A stretch of DNA of 64,000 bases from Eledone cirrhosa (lineage: Eukaryota): positions 5,332,001 to 5,396,000 of the forward strand of contig OZ024748.1 of assembly GCA_964016885.1 (NCBI GenBank), in the 5' to 3' direction. Made by a program: the position numbers and the translations under genes. The stretch's first letter is position 1. Each line of letters begins with the position of its first letter. This document shows positions 1 through 13,771 of the stretch, in pieces. Under the pieces are notes generated by a model, which had not been told where the DNA came from, ran no database searches, and saw nothing but the letters and a program-made list of their open reading frames with translations.

Positions 1-344
1 TATAAAATACAGGACACACTAAACATGAACCAAGTTGGGCCATGAGTAAAATCATTCAGCTTTTTTCCGTAAAAATAACTTATTTGTCATCAGCTTAGAG
101 ACAGACTGTGAAATTCAAGTATACAGTAAAGAGTTTTGTCAGATTAATATTATTTTCTTTGTCTGGAGATAATGTTTGTAGCATTGTGCTTCACAAACAA
201 TTATTTTTGGATATCAAGCCAGGGGTGAAAATTAATATTAAGTTAAAACTAAATATTCTATCTCTTCTCTACGTACGTATGTACGTACAGGTTTCGCTTC
301 ATAATCTAAAGACGTGCTTCAATATACACATACATACTCCCTCC

Positions 345-470
<126 letters not shown>

Positions 471-597
471 GTATATATATGCATATGTATATATACATGA
501 ATATATATATATGTATATATATGTATATATATGCATATGTATATATACATGAATATATATGTATATATATGTATATATATGCATATGTATATATACA

Positions 598-649
<52 letters not shown>

Positions 650-788
650 TGTATATATACATATGCACAGTAAAGTAATAGCAACGTATGTATTAATATA
701 TACAAACACACAAATATATTTATATATATATATATATATATGCACACACACACACGTAAACACATAGAGATACCTGCAGACGCATTAT

Positions 789-851
<63 letters not shown>

Positions 852-1790
852 GGGGGGGGGTGTATGTGTGTACGGTTCGAGTAGTGGTGATAATAAAATG
901 CTTATAATAATAAAAATGTTGATAGTAATGATGAAAACAATAGCAATAAGCAAAGCATCACCAATAACACCACCACTACGACCACCAGTAACAACAACAA
1001 CAATAATACCAACAATAACACGAACAACACATATAGTACTGCCGTCAGTGCGTAATTGTGACTCGGCCTTTTTATCTCTCATTTCTTCACTCTCTGACAT
1101 GAGTATGTGTGTATGTGAGTGTGTGTGAGAGCCTGTGTGTAAACGTTTGTATGTGATGTGTGTGTTCCCTCTGTGTGCGTGCGCGGCTTTGTGTGTGTGT
1201 GTTTATGACTATGTATGTATGTATGTATGTACGCAGGCATGTGTGTGATGAAAAAGATGAAGAAAAAGAGAAGGAAAAGAGGTAGAATTCAAACGGTGAA
1301 TATGTTCGATTCATTTTTAATATCTTTAAGTCTTTGATAATAAGAAAACTCAATTTTAATTTGGTGAAATTGAAGAATGAAATTATGATTCACAGACAAA
1401 TATTCCTTCATCTTCCAATAGAAAGAACCAAAGTTGGACTTGATGAAGATTTTACCATATTTTTCAAAGATATTTCAATGTTTCATTATTAAATAGGCAA
1501 CAATTTGCTGGAAATTTCAATACAGAAACAGTAAGAGGAAAAAGAAGAATAAAAACAATAAATATATAAATATATAAATATAATATAAAATAATAACATA
1601 ATATACAAAACAACAAAAATAATAATAGAATTAATAAAAATAATAATAGAATTAATAAAAATAATGAAAATAAGAATATTGATAATGATGAGGATGATGG
1701 TCATAATAATAATAATAATAATAACAATAACCACAAAAATAATGATGATGATGATGATGATAATGATTTCTTTATTAGCCACATAATAGT

Positions 1791-1972
1791 AATAATTGTT
1801 TCTACATTTGGCACAAGGCCAGCAAATACCCAGTGCATTACTGGTACTTTATTTTATCGACCCCAAAAGGATGAAAGGCAAAGTTAACCTCGGCGGGATT
1901 TGAACTTAGAATGGCAAGGGCTGTAACTCTATGCGTCAACATGGCGTCCGACCCTCTACCGATACTGCCAAT
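1791..1972 (-). mobile_element. tRNA-derived SINE, family 1 (short subfamily)
   Basis: Reverse complement has an A-box-like TGGCAGTATCGG, a B-box GTTCAAATCCC and the body GGGGTCGATAAAATAAAGTACCAG...GCTGGCCTTGTGCCAAA. Near-identical to the copy at 37761-37928. Confidence 0.85.
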
Positions 1973-2070
1973 TAATAATATAAACATATAAGATATGCAA
2001 CTACTAAAACAATAACTAAAAGTGAATAAGTAAAACTTCCATGACAATCGTGAACCCAAAATATACATAC

Positions 2071-2115
<45 letters not shown>

Positions 2116-2145
2116 ATAAGGTATATATATATATAGTAAAAGGTA

Positions 2146-2229
2146 TTTCCTATCACCCACTCTACTACCCTAAGTATTGAGTACTCTGGTGCGTTATGGT
2201 CCACCTGGTTCCTTACCACAATTCCCTCG

Positions 2230-2231
<2 letters not shown>
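2146..2231 (+). mobile_element. Partial copy (body only) of the ~190-bp hairpin element
   Basis: CCCACTCTACTACCCTAAGTATTGAGTACTCTGGTGCGTTATGGTCCACCTGGTTCCTTACCACA matches 3660-3730 and ends in (TA)n. A shorter fragment lies at 2372-2423. Confidence 0.8.
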
Positions 2232-2291
<60 letters not shown>

Positions 2292-2484
2292 ATGTATGAA
2301 AAAGGTAAACAGATATAACAACACAATCGGTACAGTATATGGAAGGGATATATTAGGTTAACGCTATTTCTTATGGTCCATTTGTTATGGTCCATCTGGT
2401 TCCTAACCACATTTCGTTCGTTATATATATATATATATATATATATGTATAAATATGTATATATGTATGTATATTCACTATATA

Positions 2485-2529
<45 letters not shown>

Positions 2530-2555
2530 ATATGTATATATGTATGTATATTCAC

Positions 2556-2596
<41 letters not shown>

Positions 2597-2597
2597 G

Positions 2598-2676
<79 letters not shown>

Positions 2677-2708
2677 ATGTATATATGTATGTATATATAT
2701 ATATATAT

Positions 2709-3121
2709 CCGGGAGAGATGACCCCTTAGCCTTTGTCAAGGCAGAATTCTAGGAGAAGGAAAACACTCATATAACACCTGGAACCCTGATGGTATCCAAT
2801 GATGTTGACTTGTTCTTCTTTTTGGTAAATATCATCTTGGTTAAGAGAGTGGGACTGGCTTTATACAGTGCCTTTGCTCACTATAAAAGCTTCACGGCAC
2901 AGGCATTGCTTTATATCTGGAGATCTCTCTGCAATTGTCGTCACATGGTACCATGGGCCCAGCACTATGTGTCAATAATTGTCACAAGTGTAGTGTTTGT
3001 ACCAGAGTTTTCAAGTCGATGGCTGGACTAAAAAGTCCCACTCGTTCAGCCCATCGGTAGGGGTTCCCCTACATGGATATAAAGTAGTGGCCGTACTCGA
3101 AAACGAGTTGGCAGCCACCAT
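2709..3121 (+). mobile_element. 5'-truncated copy of the bipartite RTE-derived non-autonomous element
   Basis: Closely matches 39616-40028. Encodes a degenerate C-terminal C2H2 finger ([22 protein letters not shown]). Flanked by TA-rich microsatellite on both sides. Confidence 0.75.
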
Positions 3122-3174
3122 ATATATATGTATATATATATATGTATGTATATATGTATATATATGTATATATG

Positions 3175-3209
<35 letters not shown>

Positions 3210-3250
3210 GTATATATATGTATGTATATATGTATATATATGTATATATG

Positions 3251-3285
<35 letters not shown>

Positions 3286-3541
3286 GTATATATATGTATG
3301 TATATATGTATGTATATATGTATATATATATAATTTTATTCTTTACTATTTTACTGGTATCAGGCATCAGACTGCGACCCTTCGGAGACTGCACCTCGAT
3401 GTAGTGGATAGTATCTACATCAGTACTAATACCTCCAGTCTTTAACTTATTCATGATCTCAGTTTTGTCGAACCCAAAAATTATGGGACATAAACTTAGG
3501 AATAGATACGGACACCCATGTATATATATATATATATATAT

Positions 3542-3730
3542 ATAGGAACCAGTAAGACCCCGACGGCTGAGCTCAAGCCGTTTCGACGGCTAATTATGGA
3601 CTGAATTAGCCGTCGAAACGGCTTGAGCTCAGCCGTCGGGGTCTTACTGGTTCCTATTACCCACTCTACTACCCTAAGTATTGAGTATTTTGGTGCGTTA
3701 TGGTCCACCTGGTTCCTTACTACATTTCCT

Positions 3731-3732
<2 letters not shown>
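3542..3732 (+). mobile_element. ~190-bp (TA)n-embedded hairpin element with hammerhead half-motif (PLE pLTR-like)
   Basis: Perfect ~54-bp arms at 3542-3595 and 3604-3657, then a ~75-bp body. Contains GAAACGGCT-TGAGCTC-AGCCGTC. (TA)n on both sides. Homologues at 19684, 28141 and 47796. Confidence 0.8.
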
Positions 3733-3762
<30 letters not shown>

Positions 3763-3973
3763 CATACAGATTTTATGTACATATGTGTACGTATATAAGG
3801 TAGTCTTGTGCAGTCTCTGACTACCAAATTCCGCTGGAAAATCATTAGTGAACTAGTAACTATCGTAGAACACACTTCCGCAAGATACCCTGGTGCGAAC
3901 TCCTTAACTACACTAACATGCCTATATATATCTTTACACACATCTCACTGTGTAACACACTTCTCTTTGTGTA

Positions 3974-4029
<56 letters not shown>

Positions 4030-4140
4030 TTCATATATATATACACACACACACATATGTATATGCATGTATATAGATATGTGTGTGTGTGTGTGTGAGG
4101 GTGTGTGCATATAATCATGCAATCATATATATATTTATAC

Positions 4141-4229
<89 letters not shown>

Positions 4230-4626
4230 TGTGCATGTATGTGTGTGCTTTTGTGTGTGTGAGAGAGAGAAAGAGGTCTTTATAAATATGTCTAATGAAA
4301 TATATTTTTCAATTATAAAAGATTTCTGCTATTGGATTTTTGTGTTCCTTAGTCTTCTCCTTTCAACCACAAACGAGATATGTAGATTTGAGAATCTTAC
4401 TATAATCGATATTCAATAAACACCCAACACATCATAGACACCACAATCACTTTACTCTATATGAAGAGACATGTACACGTACACGCATATATACGTACAT
4501 ATGTACGTATGTATATATATATTTATATATATATATATATATCGAAATGTATGGAAATGTATGTATGTCGGACGATCTGCGTGTATATAATACACATACA
4601 TACTAACATGAAGCTATATATATATG

Positions 4627-4688
<62 letters not shown>

Positions 4689-4825
4689 CACATATATATA
4701 TATACACACATATATAGTTTGGTATGGCGTTATTCAATGTCCACGCATTTTAATATGCAATGTTTCGCCATCTTCATTTTTCAAATTTCATTTTATTTCC
4801 TCGTATCTTTTACTGTTATTGATTT

Positions 4826-4842
4826 ATTACTATTATTATTAC

Positions 4843-4912
<70 letters not shown>

Positions 4913-4945
4913 GTTATTATCATTGTTGTTATTGCTGTTGTTATT
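4826..4945. repeat. (TAT)n microsatellite
   Basis: Direct inspection. Confidence 0.95.
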
Positions 4946-5268
4946 ATCTAAAAATAATTTTTTTAAATATATATATATATATATATATATATTATTTTTG
5001 CTTTCTACTGAATTTTTCGATTTTCCTTTCATTCCATTTCACTTTCTTCTTTATTTAACAATATTTATATGAAGAGCAAAAACAAACCTCACCACACAGC
5101 CCGGCTCCCGCTCAGCCATACCAACTCCAGCGCCGCCAAAGAAATTCTAATCTTTAAGTTTTCTCACTCAATCATATTCGTACACAGTTACACCAATATT
5201 ACACAAGTGAAAACAATTGCAAACATACCGATAGATATTTAATCAATTGAAACACTCGTATTCATATG

Positions 5269-5318
<50 letters not shown>

Positions 5319-5497
5319 ATATGTTAGTGTGTGTGTATATATATGTGTGTATATGCTTACAATATATATTTATTATATCTACATTTGTATATATATATAT
5401 ATAAATTTATTACTTTATTATGCAAACTTGTAATTAATTCCAAATAGGCATTAGAATATGTATATGAGTGTAAACGAACACACACACATATATAAGA

Positions 5498-5577
<80 letters not shown>

Positions 5578-5874
5578 GTATATGTATGTATGTTTATATG
5601 TGTCTATGTATAGGCTTGTGTGTATATGTGTTTCACGTCGAACTAATATAATATACATGTATGCATAAATTCATGTGTATATAACAGGCACAGTAAGTTG
5701 GGATCTGTTATTTTAAAGCTGTAGATATAAACACACAAACATACACACACGCACACACACACACGCACACACACACACTCACACAAACACACACACACGC
5801 ACACACACACACACGCACACAAACACACACGTATATTGTATATATATATATGAATATATATATATATATATATA

Positions 5875-5980
<106 letters not shown>

Positions 5981-6018
5981 TTTATGTATATGAATATCTG
6001 ATTAATTATATACAAACG

Positions 6019-6059
<41 letters not shown>

Positions 6060-6252
6060 TTACATATGTGTTGTTACATAGAAAAGTATAATGAGATGAA
6101 AGAGCAACATATAGAAACCTAATGAATGGAAACACATAAACACACATTCATTGAAACGTATATGTGTAAACATGCACAACCACATATATAACCTACATAT
6201 ACACATACATACATATATGCATGTATACAGACATACACGCACACACACACAT

Positions 6253-6298
<46 letters not shown>

Positions 6299-6351
6299 CC
6301 CCATTCGTTCTTTCCTCTGTTTGAAAATTCACAGTTTTCACGTATTATCTG

Positions 6352-6443
<92 letters not shown>

Positions 6444-6447
6444 TTCG

Positions 6448-6625
6448 TGGGTGCAGAATAGTCAAGTGGTTAAAGAGTCATTTTTGGAATGAATTGTTCA
6501 AGGGTTCAATTCCAGTCTGGAATATTAGTCAACATATATTTACCATTGCCTCTGGTGGAGCCACGCCTTGTGAATGAAATGTTGCCCCAGCATGGCCTCA
6601 GCCCCTTGGCTGAAACATGTAATAG
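6448..6625 (+). mobile_element. Degenerate tRNA-headed SINE, family 2
   Basis: Head TAGTCAAGTGGTTAA...GGGTTCAATTCC and tail GCCCCAGCATGGCCTCAGCC...GGCTGAAAC. A similar tail recurs at ~19920-19985 and ~35425-35480. Confidence 0.55.
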
Positions 6626-6848
6626 TGTAATAGAGTAAATGGAGAATATTTGGAAGCCAGTTCTTAATACTTGACCAGTAATTCAACACACCAACCACGT
6701 CACACATCGTGTCACACCTAACCTTCCAGAGAATGCCTTTAAAAGTACAAATGGCTTTGCAATAGTCAGCCATTTAAAACAAAATTTCACAGACATGCTG
6801 ATACGTATCGACGAAAACGATGGAGATACTTACTATACAATATATATA

Positions 6849-6946
<98 letters not shown>

Positions 6947-7469
6947 TACCTTTGTAAATACGTATATGATGCAACATTATCATTACACTCTGCTTAGTTC
7001 TACACCTTTTTACCGATTGGAAACTACGCATCGAGTACTCACTCGGGTGAACCTACAGTAACTGTACGTTACATTCCCTGTATATATATATACACAAACA
7101 CACACACACATACACACATACATATATATAAATATATACATACATACATATATGTATTTACTAATATATGTATATAATTGACAAACATGTTTCAACGAAG
7201 ATACGAAACCGTGTCGCACATTTAATACGGTGTCTTGCTTCCTAATTTTTACCACGCTACACAAACAAACCTTCATATAAAACCTGATTACATGCTCTAT
7301 TAACCATTTGAACCAACTTACGTATATCCTGGAAGCTCAGCTCAGAGGAACAAGTCGTGTGAAAAATGAAAATTTATGAGAAAGCGTCAATTTTGGTTTC
7401 TGGCTAGGCATTAAATATTTATTGCTTTAGAATGGTAAATCCTTCAAAAACACGGTGCCAATTTCCAAC

Positions 7470-7471
<2 letters not shown>

Positions 7472-7538
<67 letters not shown>

Positions 7539-7985
7539 AGGGGGATAGATAGATAGATAGATAGATAGTTAGATAGATAGATAGAGAGAGAGAGATAGAG
7601 ATAGAGAGAGAGGGAGAAAGAAGTGAGGTAAATGAACGAAAAGGAAAGGTGTGGATAGAAAAAGTGAGAAAGACCAAGTGAAAGATCGAGAGAAAGAAAT
7701 AGAGAGAGAGATAGAGAATGAAAGGGAGAGAGAGAGAATGAAAGAGAGAGAAAGACATATATATATATTTACCAAGAACGTGTGTGTGACAGAAATAGAG
7801 AGAAATTGAGATAGTGAGAAGGAAACATAGAGAGAGAGAGAACTAGTGAGAGAGAACGGTGAGAGAGAGAGAGAGAACTAGCTAGAAATTTAGATAATGT
7901 AATAGAGTGTCAGAAAGTGAAAGAAATCGGGAGAGAGTGAGAGAGAGAGTGAGAGAGAGTGAGAGAGAGAGAGAGAGAGAGAAAG
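7472..7985. repeat. (AG)n/(GATA)n purine-rich tract
   Basis: Direct inspection. Confidence 0.9.
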
Positions 7986-8118
7986 CGGAAGTCTATGAGA
8001 GATAACTATGTGTAAGTAAAACTGTGTCACAGCTAGATTTGAAACGGAGTTTGAACAAGAAAGTTGAGAAGAAAATGGTACTCTTCCGCATACACATATG
8101 CTTACGCATTATATATAC

Positions 8119-8181
<63 letters not shown>

Positions 8182-8215
8182 GATACGCGTATATCTATCA
8201 GCCTGTCTATCTATC

Positions 8216-8262
8216 TGTCGAAATGGCAGGAGCTCAGCCGTCGGGCCCCGACTATATCTATA
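8216..8262 (+). mobile_element. Isolated diverged arm of the ~190-bp hairpin element
   Basis: CTGTCGAAATGGCAGGAGCTCAGCCGTCGGG resembles CCGTCGAAACGGCTTGAGCTCAGCCGTCGGG. Confidence 0.6.
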
Positions 8263-9017
8263 GCTACATATCTCTCTCTCTATATATATATAAAATCAAT
8301 AAAGCACATGTTTGTTCGTTTGTGTCCGATTATTTGGCATGTAACATGAACAGGGTACACAGACACATACACACGTTCACAAATACATCCATCATACACG
8401 CATATGTTCATATATATACTCATGTATGGCTGTGAGTTTCCGAAATAATTCACTAGACATGTTTTAATATCACACATATCAATATAAACTCATTCATCAT
8501 TGAACAAGCTTTGTACACACATACGCATACTCACTCACCCAGAAGCATGCACATGCACATATATCTATATATTCGTGTGTATATTTATATATGTACATAT
8601 ATGAGTGTATGTGTGTTTAGCTGGTGGTGTATTTGTAACATTGTAAACAACCCACCATTATTCAAATTTTTTGCAAATCGAAGAACATATACGAAGAATA
8701 GATAGGAACTCATCCACCACAATACAGTTTAAACTCCTGGAAAATAACAATATTGAAAAGGAAGAGAAACCATCACCAGTCTTCTATAGTACAATGAATA
8801 ATATAACGAAATAATTAGTCTCAATTGTAAAACAATAAAATATCTGTCCTCACGCATTACCTTATAACACGTCCAATGACCACAAGACAAATTTCTTAAC
8901 CAAGTCCAAATTCAAATTAATCCCCCTATAAATGTGTATCAGGAATCCTAAGAAACAGTAATCTAGACTAACTTAAGATCATGATTATAAATGCCACACT
9001 ATCTCTATGTGTGTATG

Positions 9018-9052
<35 letters not shown>

Positions 9053-9370
9053 ACGTGAATGCATATACGTGTGTGTGCGTGTGTGTATGTGTATGCATAT
9101 GTGTGTGTTTTGATATACAAACAAGAGAATAGTCAGTACCAAAGTAGATATTAATTACTCATTATATAATTATTGTTACTGTTTGATACTTCTCGTGGTT
9201 TCTCGCATAAGCCACGACAATGGAGTTTCTTCTTCCCAACCATTGCTGAGGAGATAAATGGGTTTGACATACAACCCTCATCTTCTTGGTTACTTGAAAT
9301 ATATGAGATTAGATCTCGGTAACGCATCATCCCAGCAACTTAAATACACACACCTAACACCTCTCACAGA

Positions 9371-9405
<35 letters not shown>

Positions 9406-9485
9406 TATATATATATATATATATATGTATATATGAGTATGCATCCATTTACGGTTGCATTCGAATATACGGAATGTATGTATAC

Positions 9486-9597
<112 letters not shown>

Positions 9598-10035
9598 GTA
9601 TGTATGTATGAGTATCTATACGTATTATAATCCTTACATGACACTAACTTATGTTTCAAAGTTGTAAGTAACTCTTATGATATCCTTCAACAACCGGCAT
9701 TATTCTTATTTTTTAGGGTTTCATATTTTCCTACAGTATTTTTTCTTCTATTTTTTTAATGTATTTTGTGTTTTCTGATTTACATATTTTTTTAAATATC
9801 AACTTTTAGCCTCATCTCACCAAGAATGCATTTCCATGTATCTTGTCGTTTGATTTCCTTAATGCAGCGCAAATTTTCGCTCTGTTACTTTTCAGTCTCT
9901 ATCTTGTTTAAAAGAAGGAACGAAACCCACCCATCTACTCAGAAAAAAATAACCTACATACACACACACACATACACATACATACATACACACACACATA
10001 TATATATACAGCTGTGCATTGCTTACAATTATATA

Positions 10036-10115
<80 letters not shown>

Positions 10116-10130
10116 TACATAAATATGTAC

Positions 10131-10169
<39 letters not shown>

Positions 10170-10197
10170 CATAAATATATATTTACATACATACATA

Positions 10198-10253
<56 letters not shown>

Positions 10254-11084
10254 CATATGTATATTGGCCTGCCATACCTTTTAAACCCCCAGAGATTGCA
10301 ACAGAAACCAGCAGCGCTACAGCTGGGTGCAAGCTGTATTACATGCAGGCAAAAGGGGAGGTGACCTCGTTATTCCTTAGCGTTAGTGTTACTGAAACTG
10401 ACACGATCCATATCCTCTTGCAGCTATTAAGTTTACATTAATAGCTCTTATTTTCTTGTTTCTTTTTTCCTTCTGTGATTTTCCTGTTTTGTTTTAGTTA
10501 GATTTCATTCATTGTACTTTCTTTGTTATTGTTTTTTCCTGTAAAAATTTCCCAATACAAGCTGTGTGTTAACTGTAAATATGTTTTTATGTTTATATCT
10601 TTTGGTTGTTTTTCCCTACAATATTCCTACGGCAATTGATAATTCTGTGAATTCTACACCAGAAGTTATTTTTATTTATATAATTGTTTCAATTTTTCAA
10701 TTTTTTTTTAAATAATTTTTTCGCAATTTTATTTTTTCATTTTTTTTTTTCGTTCTGGGTATTTGGTAAAATTCCTCTAATGATTATTTTTACTCTTTCT
10801 CTTCTATTTCATGTTATTTTATTCTAATTCTTCTTCTGTCCCTTCTCCCCGTCACTCTTTCTAAAATTTCGATGTAGATGGCGCCACATGTATATCACTT
10901 AAAATTTTAAGATTGCATTTATTGTTTCAAAATTCTTCAGATTGTGCCCCCATCCCCCGCAAAACAACAACAAAGAAATGAATGAAAAATGTGACATGGC
11001 AAAAATCTTCTCGTTTCTCTTATTTCATTCATTCATATGTATATATGCATGTAGTATGTGTGTGTGTGTGCGCGCGTGTGTGTG

Positions 11085-11166
<82 letters not shown>

Positions 11167-11193
11167 TATATATATATATAGCTCAAGTAAGAA

Positions 11194-11238
<45 letters not shown>

Positions 11239-11794
11239 CGTATGTATGTATGTATGTATGTATGTATGTATGTATGTGTATCTGTGTGCATGTACGCGCC
11301 TTTATAGAGAAAACCCACTTAGCGTGCTGCAATCTAACTAATGTATATATATTGTCTTTCGATCTTTAAATGCTAATTTATGGTGTTTATATGCTAATTA
11401 CCTGGGCTGGACTTGAAAGAGGAAGAGGAAGAGGAAAAGAAACTAGGAAGGTGGTGGCTATGAGTAGAAGTAAGAGTAAGCAGTAGTGTATATCAAATTG
11501 TAAGTGATAGGACAGTGATGATCCATATATCGTCATGGAGGGATGGATGGTTAGTACCATGTGAAGAACAACTTATGTTTTTTATCTGCAATGAATGATG
11601 GAGTATATTTTTGCGATAATTTGGAATTTTATTTTTTCTTGTATTCTACATCCGGTTCAAACTTCTCTATCCGGTTTCAAATTTTCACTTGTTACAAATG
11701 AATCACAGAGAAATTTATTGGATTGTTAAGAAAAGAAAAAGAAAAAAAACATACACAAAGAAAAAACAAAGCTAAATATAACTGTACATTATCT

Positions 11795-12335
11795 GTCACT
11801 GATAGGTTCTGGACTTACAACATAGCCACCTTCACCTTCGACATATAATCAGTGTTGTAACATGTAATCACTAGTTCGTTCTGGATTTACAATATAGTCA
11901 CCTTCATCTATGATATATCGTATGTATTGTACCTTGACTCGGTGGTCTGGACTTACAACATAGTCATAGTTTAGAATATATCATCAGTGTTCTATCCAGG
12001 TGTCACTGGAAGGTTCTGGACTTACAACATAGTCACCTTCATCTAAGATACATCATCAATGCTGTACCTTGGAGTGACTCCGTGGTTCTGGACTTACAAC
12101 GTAGTCAACTTCATCTAGGACATAACATTAGTCTTGTGTCCCGGAGTCACTGGCAGGTTCTAGACTAACAACATAGTCACCGTCATCTAAGATATATCAT
12201 CAGGGATCTATCCAGGAGTCACTGGCTGCTTTTGGACTTACAACATAGTCACCTTTACTTTGAACATATCAGTATTGTATTCTGGAGTAACTAGTTGTTT
12301 CGGGGCTTGCAACATAGTCACCTTCATCTAGGTGA
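11795..12335. repeat. Diverged 72-bp minisatellite, 8 units
   Basis: Core GTTCTGGACTTACAACATAGTCACCTTCATCTA starts at 11806, 11878, 11944, 12013, 12085, 12157, 12229 and 12298. Confidence 0.9.
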
Positions 12336-12499
12336 CACAAATAGATTGCTCAAGCCCCAGCTTTTAAACAACTGAAATACATATTAATGACCCCCACCGG
12401 TCACTTCTCTTCAGCAACAGCCATCTTTAAACCCAATTTTTAGTTACATGCCTTTACATCGCTCTCCTCCATCTTGCTGACGAAAGGTCAGGAATCCCA

Positions 12500-12670
12500 T
12501 AGGCTTTGCTAAGGGATCGATTAGCAGCAAACACGTCCTGCAAACACCACCTGTTCCCCAAACTCTTCCTTCAGCAGTCCTCCCCAAACTCTTGGAATAT
12601 TCTTATTTTTCTCTCCCGAGTCTACACAATCTTGTCTTCCTCTGAGTTTAGCATACATAACTATTCATTA
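12500..12670 (+). mobile_element. Possible decayed CR1/L2-like LINE 3' end
   Basis: Translation ...LQQSSPNSWNIL... weakly resembles the CR1 ORF2 C-terminal SFFPRTxxxWNxLP motif. Confidence 0.25.
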
Positions 12671-12804
12671 TACCATTGTGTTTGTACATATATAATTATA
12701 TCGCAACTGCCAACATTATACAGTTATATAAATGTATTTAGTTTGTTAATATTCACCATAAAACGATATTTCCTTTTTAGCATTGGTAGTTGAAAAACGA
12801 GGAC

Positions 12805-12850
12805 AGCGATCCCTGATGAGACTCCAGAAGCGGGAAACCAGGTAAGCAAG
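12805..12850 (+). ncRNA. Degenerate hammerhead-like motif
   Basis: CTGATGA at 12813 followed by GAAA-CCAGG-TA. Stems I and II pair poorly. Confidence 0.25.
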
Positions 12851-13000
12851 ATTATCTGACTTATAGAAAGATATATATATATATATTTTGCAGAAAAACA
12901 AAATATACGTTTATTATTATCATATTGTTTCATGACGCCCATGTAGGCGCACGCACACAAAAAATATATAAATGTATGTACGCATATCTATGTATGTATG

Positions 13001-13086
<86 letters not shown>

Positions 13087-13104
13087 AGGGTATGTCATGT
13101 AGCA

Positions 13105-13160
13105 TTATATTTTGTCTGATGAGGACGTACTGTTGTACCTCCGAAATATATATATATATG
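13105..13160 (+). ncRNA. Type I hammerhead ribozyme motif
   Basis: CTGATGA (13116), GGACGTAC-tgtt-GTACCTCC, GAAA, then (TA)n. Same family as the motif at 14554. Confidence 0.6.
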
Positions 13161-13720
13161 AGCGGAACAAGTAAACATTAAACAATCTTTTAAATAAATT
13201 AAAATACGATTTAAATATTTATCTCATCTAGTGCTGTGACCGGCGGTTTCGCTTATCAAAAGATTGGAAATTCAGAGAATTTCCAATGGAAAGATATAAC
13301 TCTTCAGATAGCTTTTCCAAACCTACTAGACATAAGTCCGTATAGATGTAGATATATCACCCTCTGCCCAGTGAATGAATCAAGCCGTTAAAATGACCCA
13401 CACACTTATTGGACAGTTAGAAAAAGCGGGAATTATAGACTCGCTGATATTTCATGCTGCTAGAAATAGCAGCATGATACAGCATATTTTTTTCTCTACA
13501 TTAAGGAGAATTAGATAAATGATATAGATATCCCAATAGGTACTAGGTACCCACGGAAATATATATGGTGTCTATAATAGTGGTTGTTCTATGGTACTAA
13601 TTTGAGATACCAGAACTGTAAATATGAGCGGAACAAGTAAACATTAAACAATATATATATATCTATCTATGCGTGTGTGTGCATGCATATGTACATATGT
13701 ATGTTTTTTTTTACATGAGG

Positions 13721-13771
<51 letters not shown>

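Noticed and set aside
11795-12335. CRISPR-like look (conserved core plus variable spacer)
   Set aside because: The spacers are homologous to each other, the context is eukaryotic and there are no cas genes. It is a diverged tandem repeat.
13452-13477. Perfect hairpin with GAAA tetraloop
   Set aside because: It is built on the TAGAAATAGCAGC repeat motif seen elsewhere (~31373, and ~62720 minus). There is no other evidence for an RNA gene.
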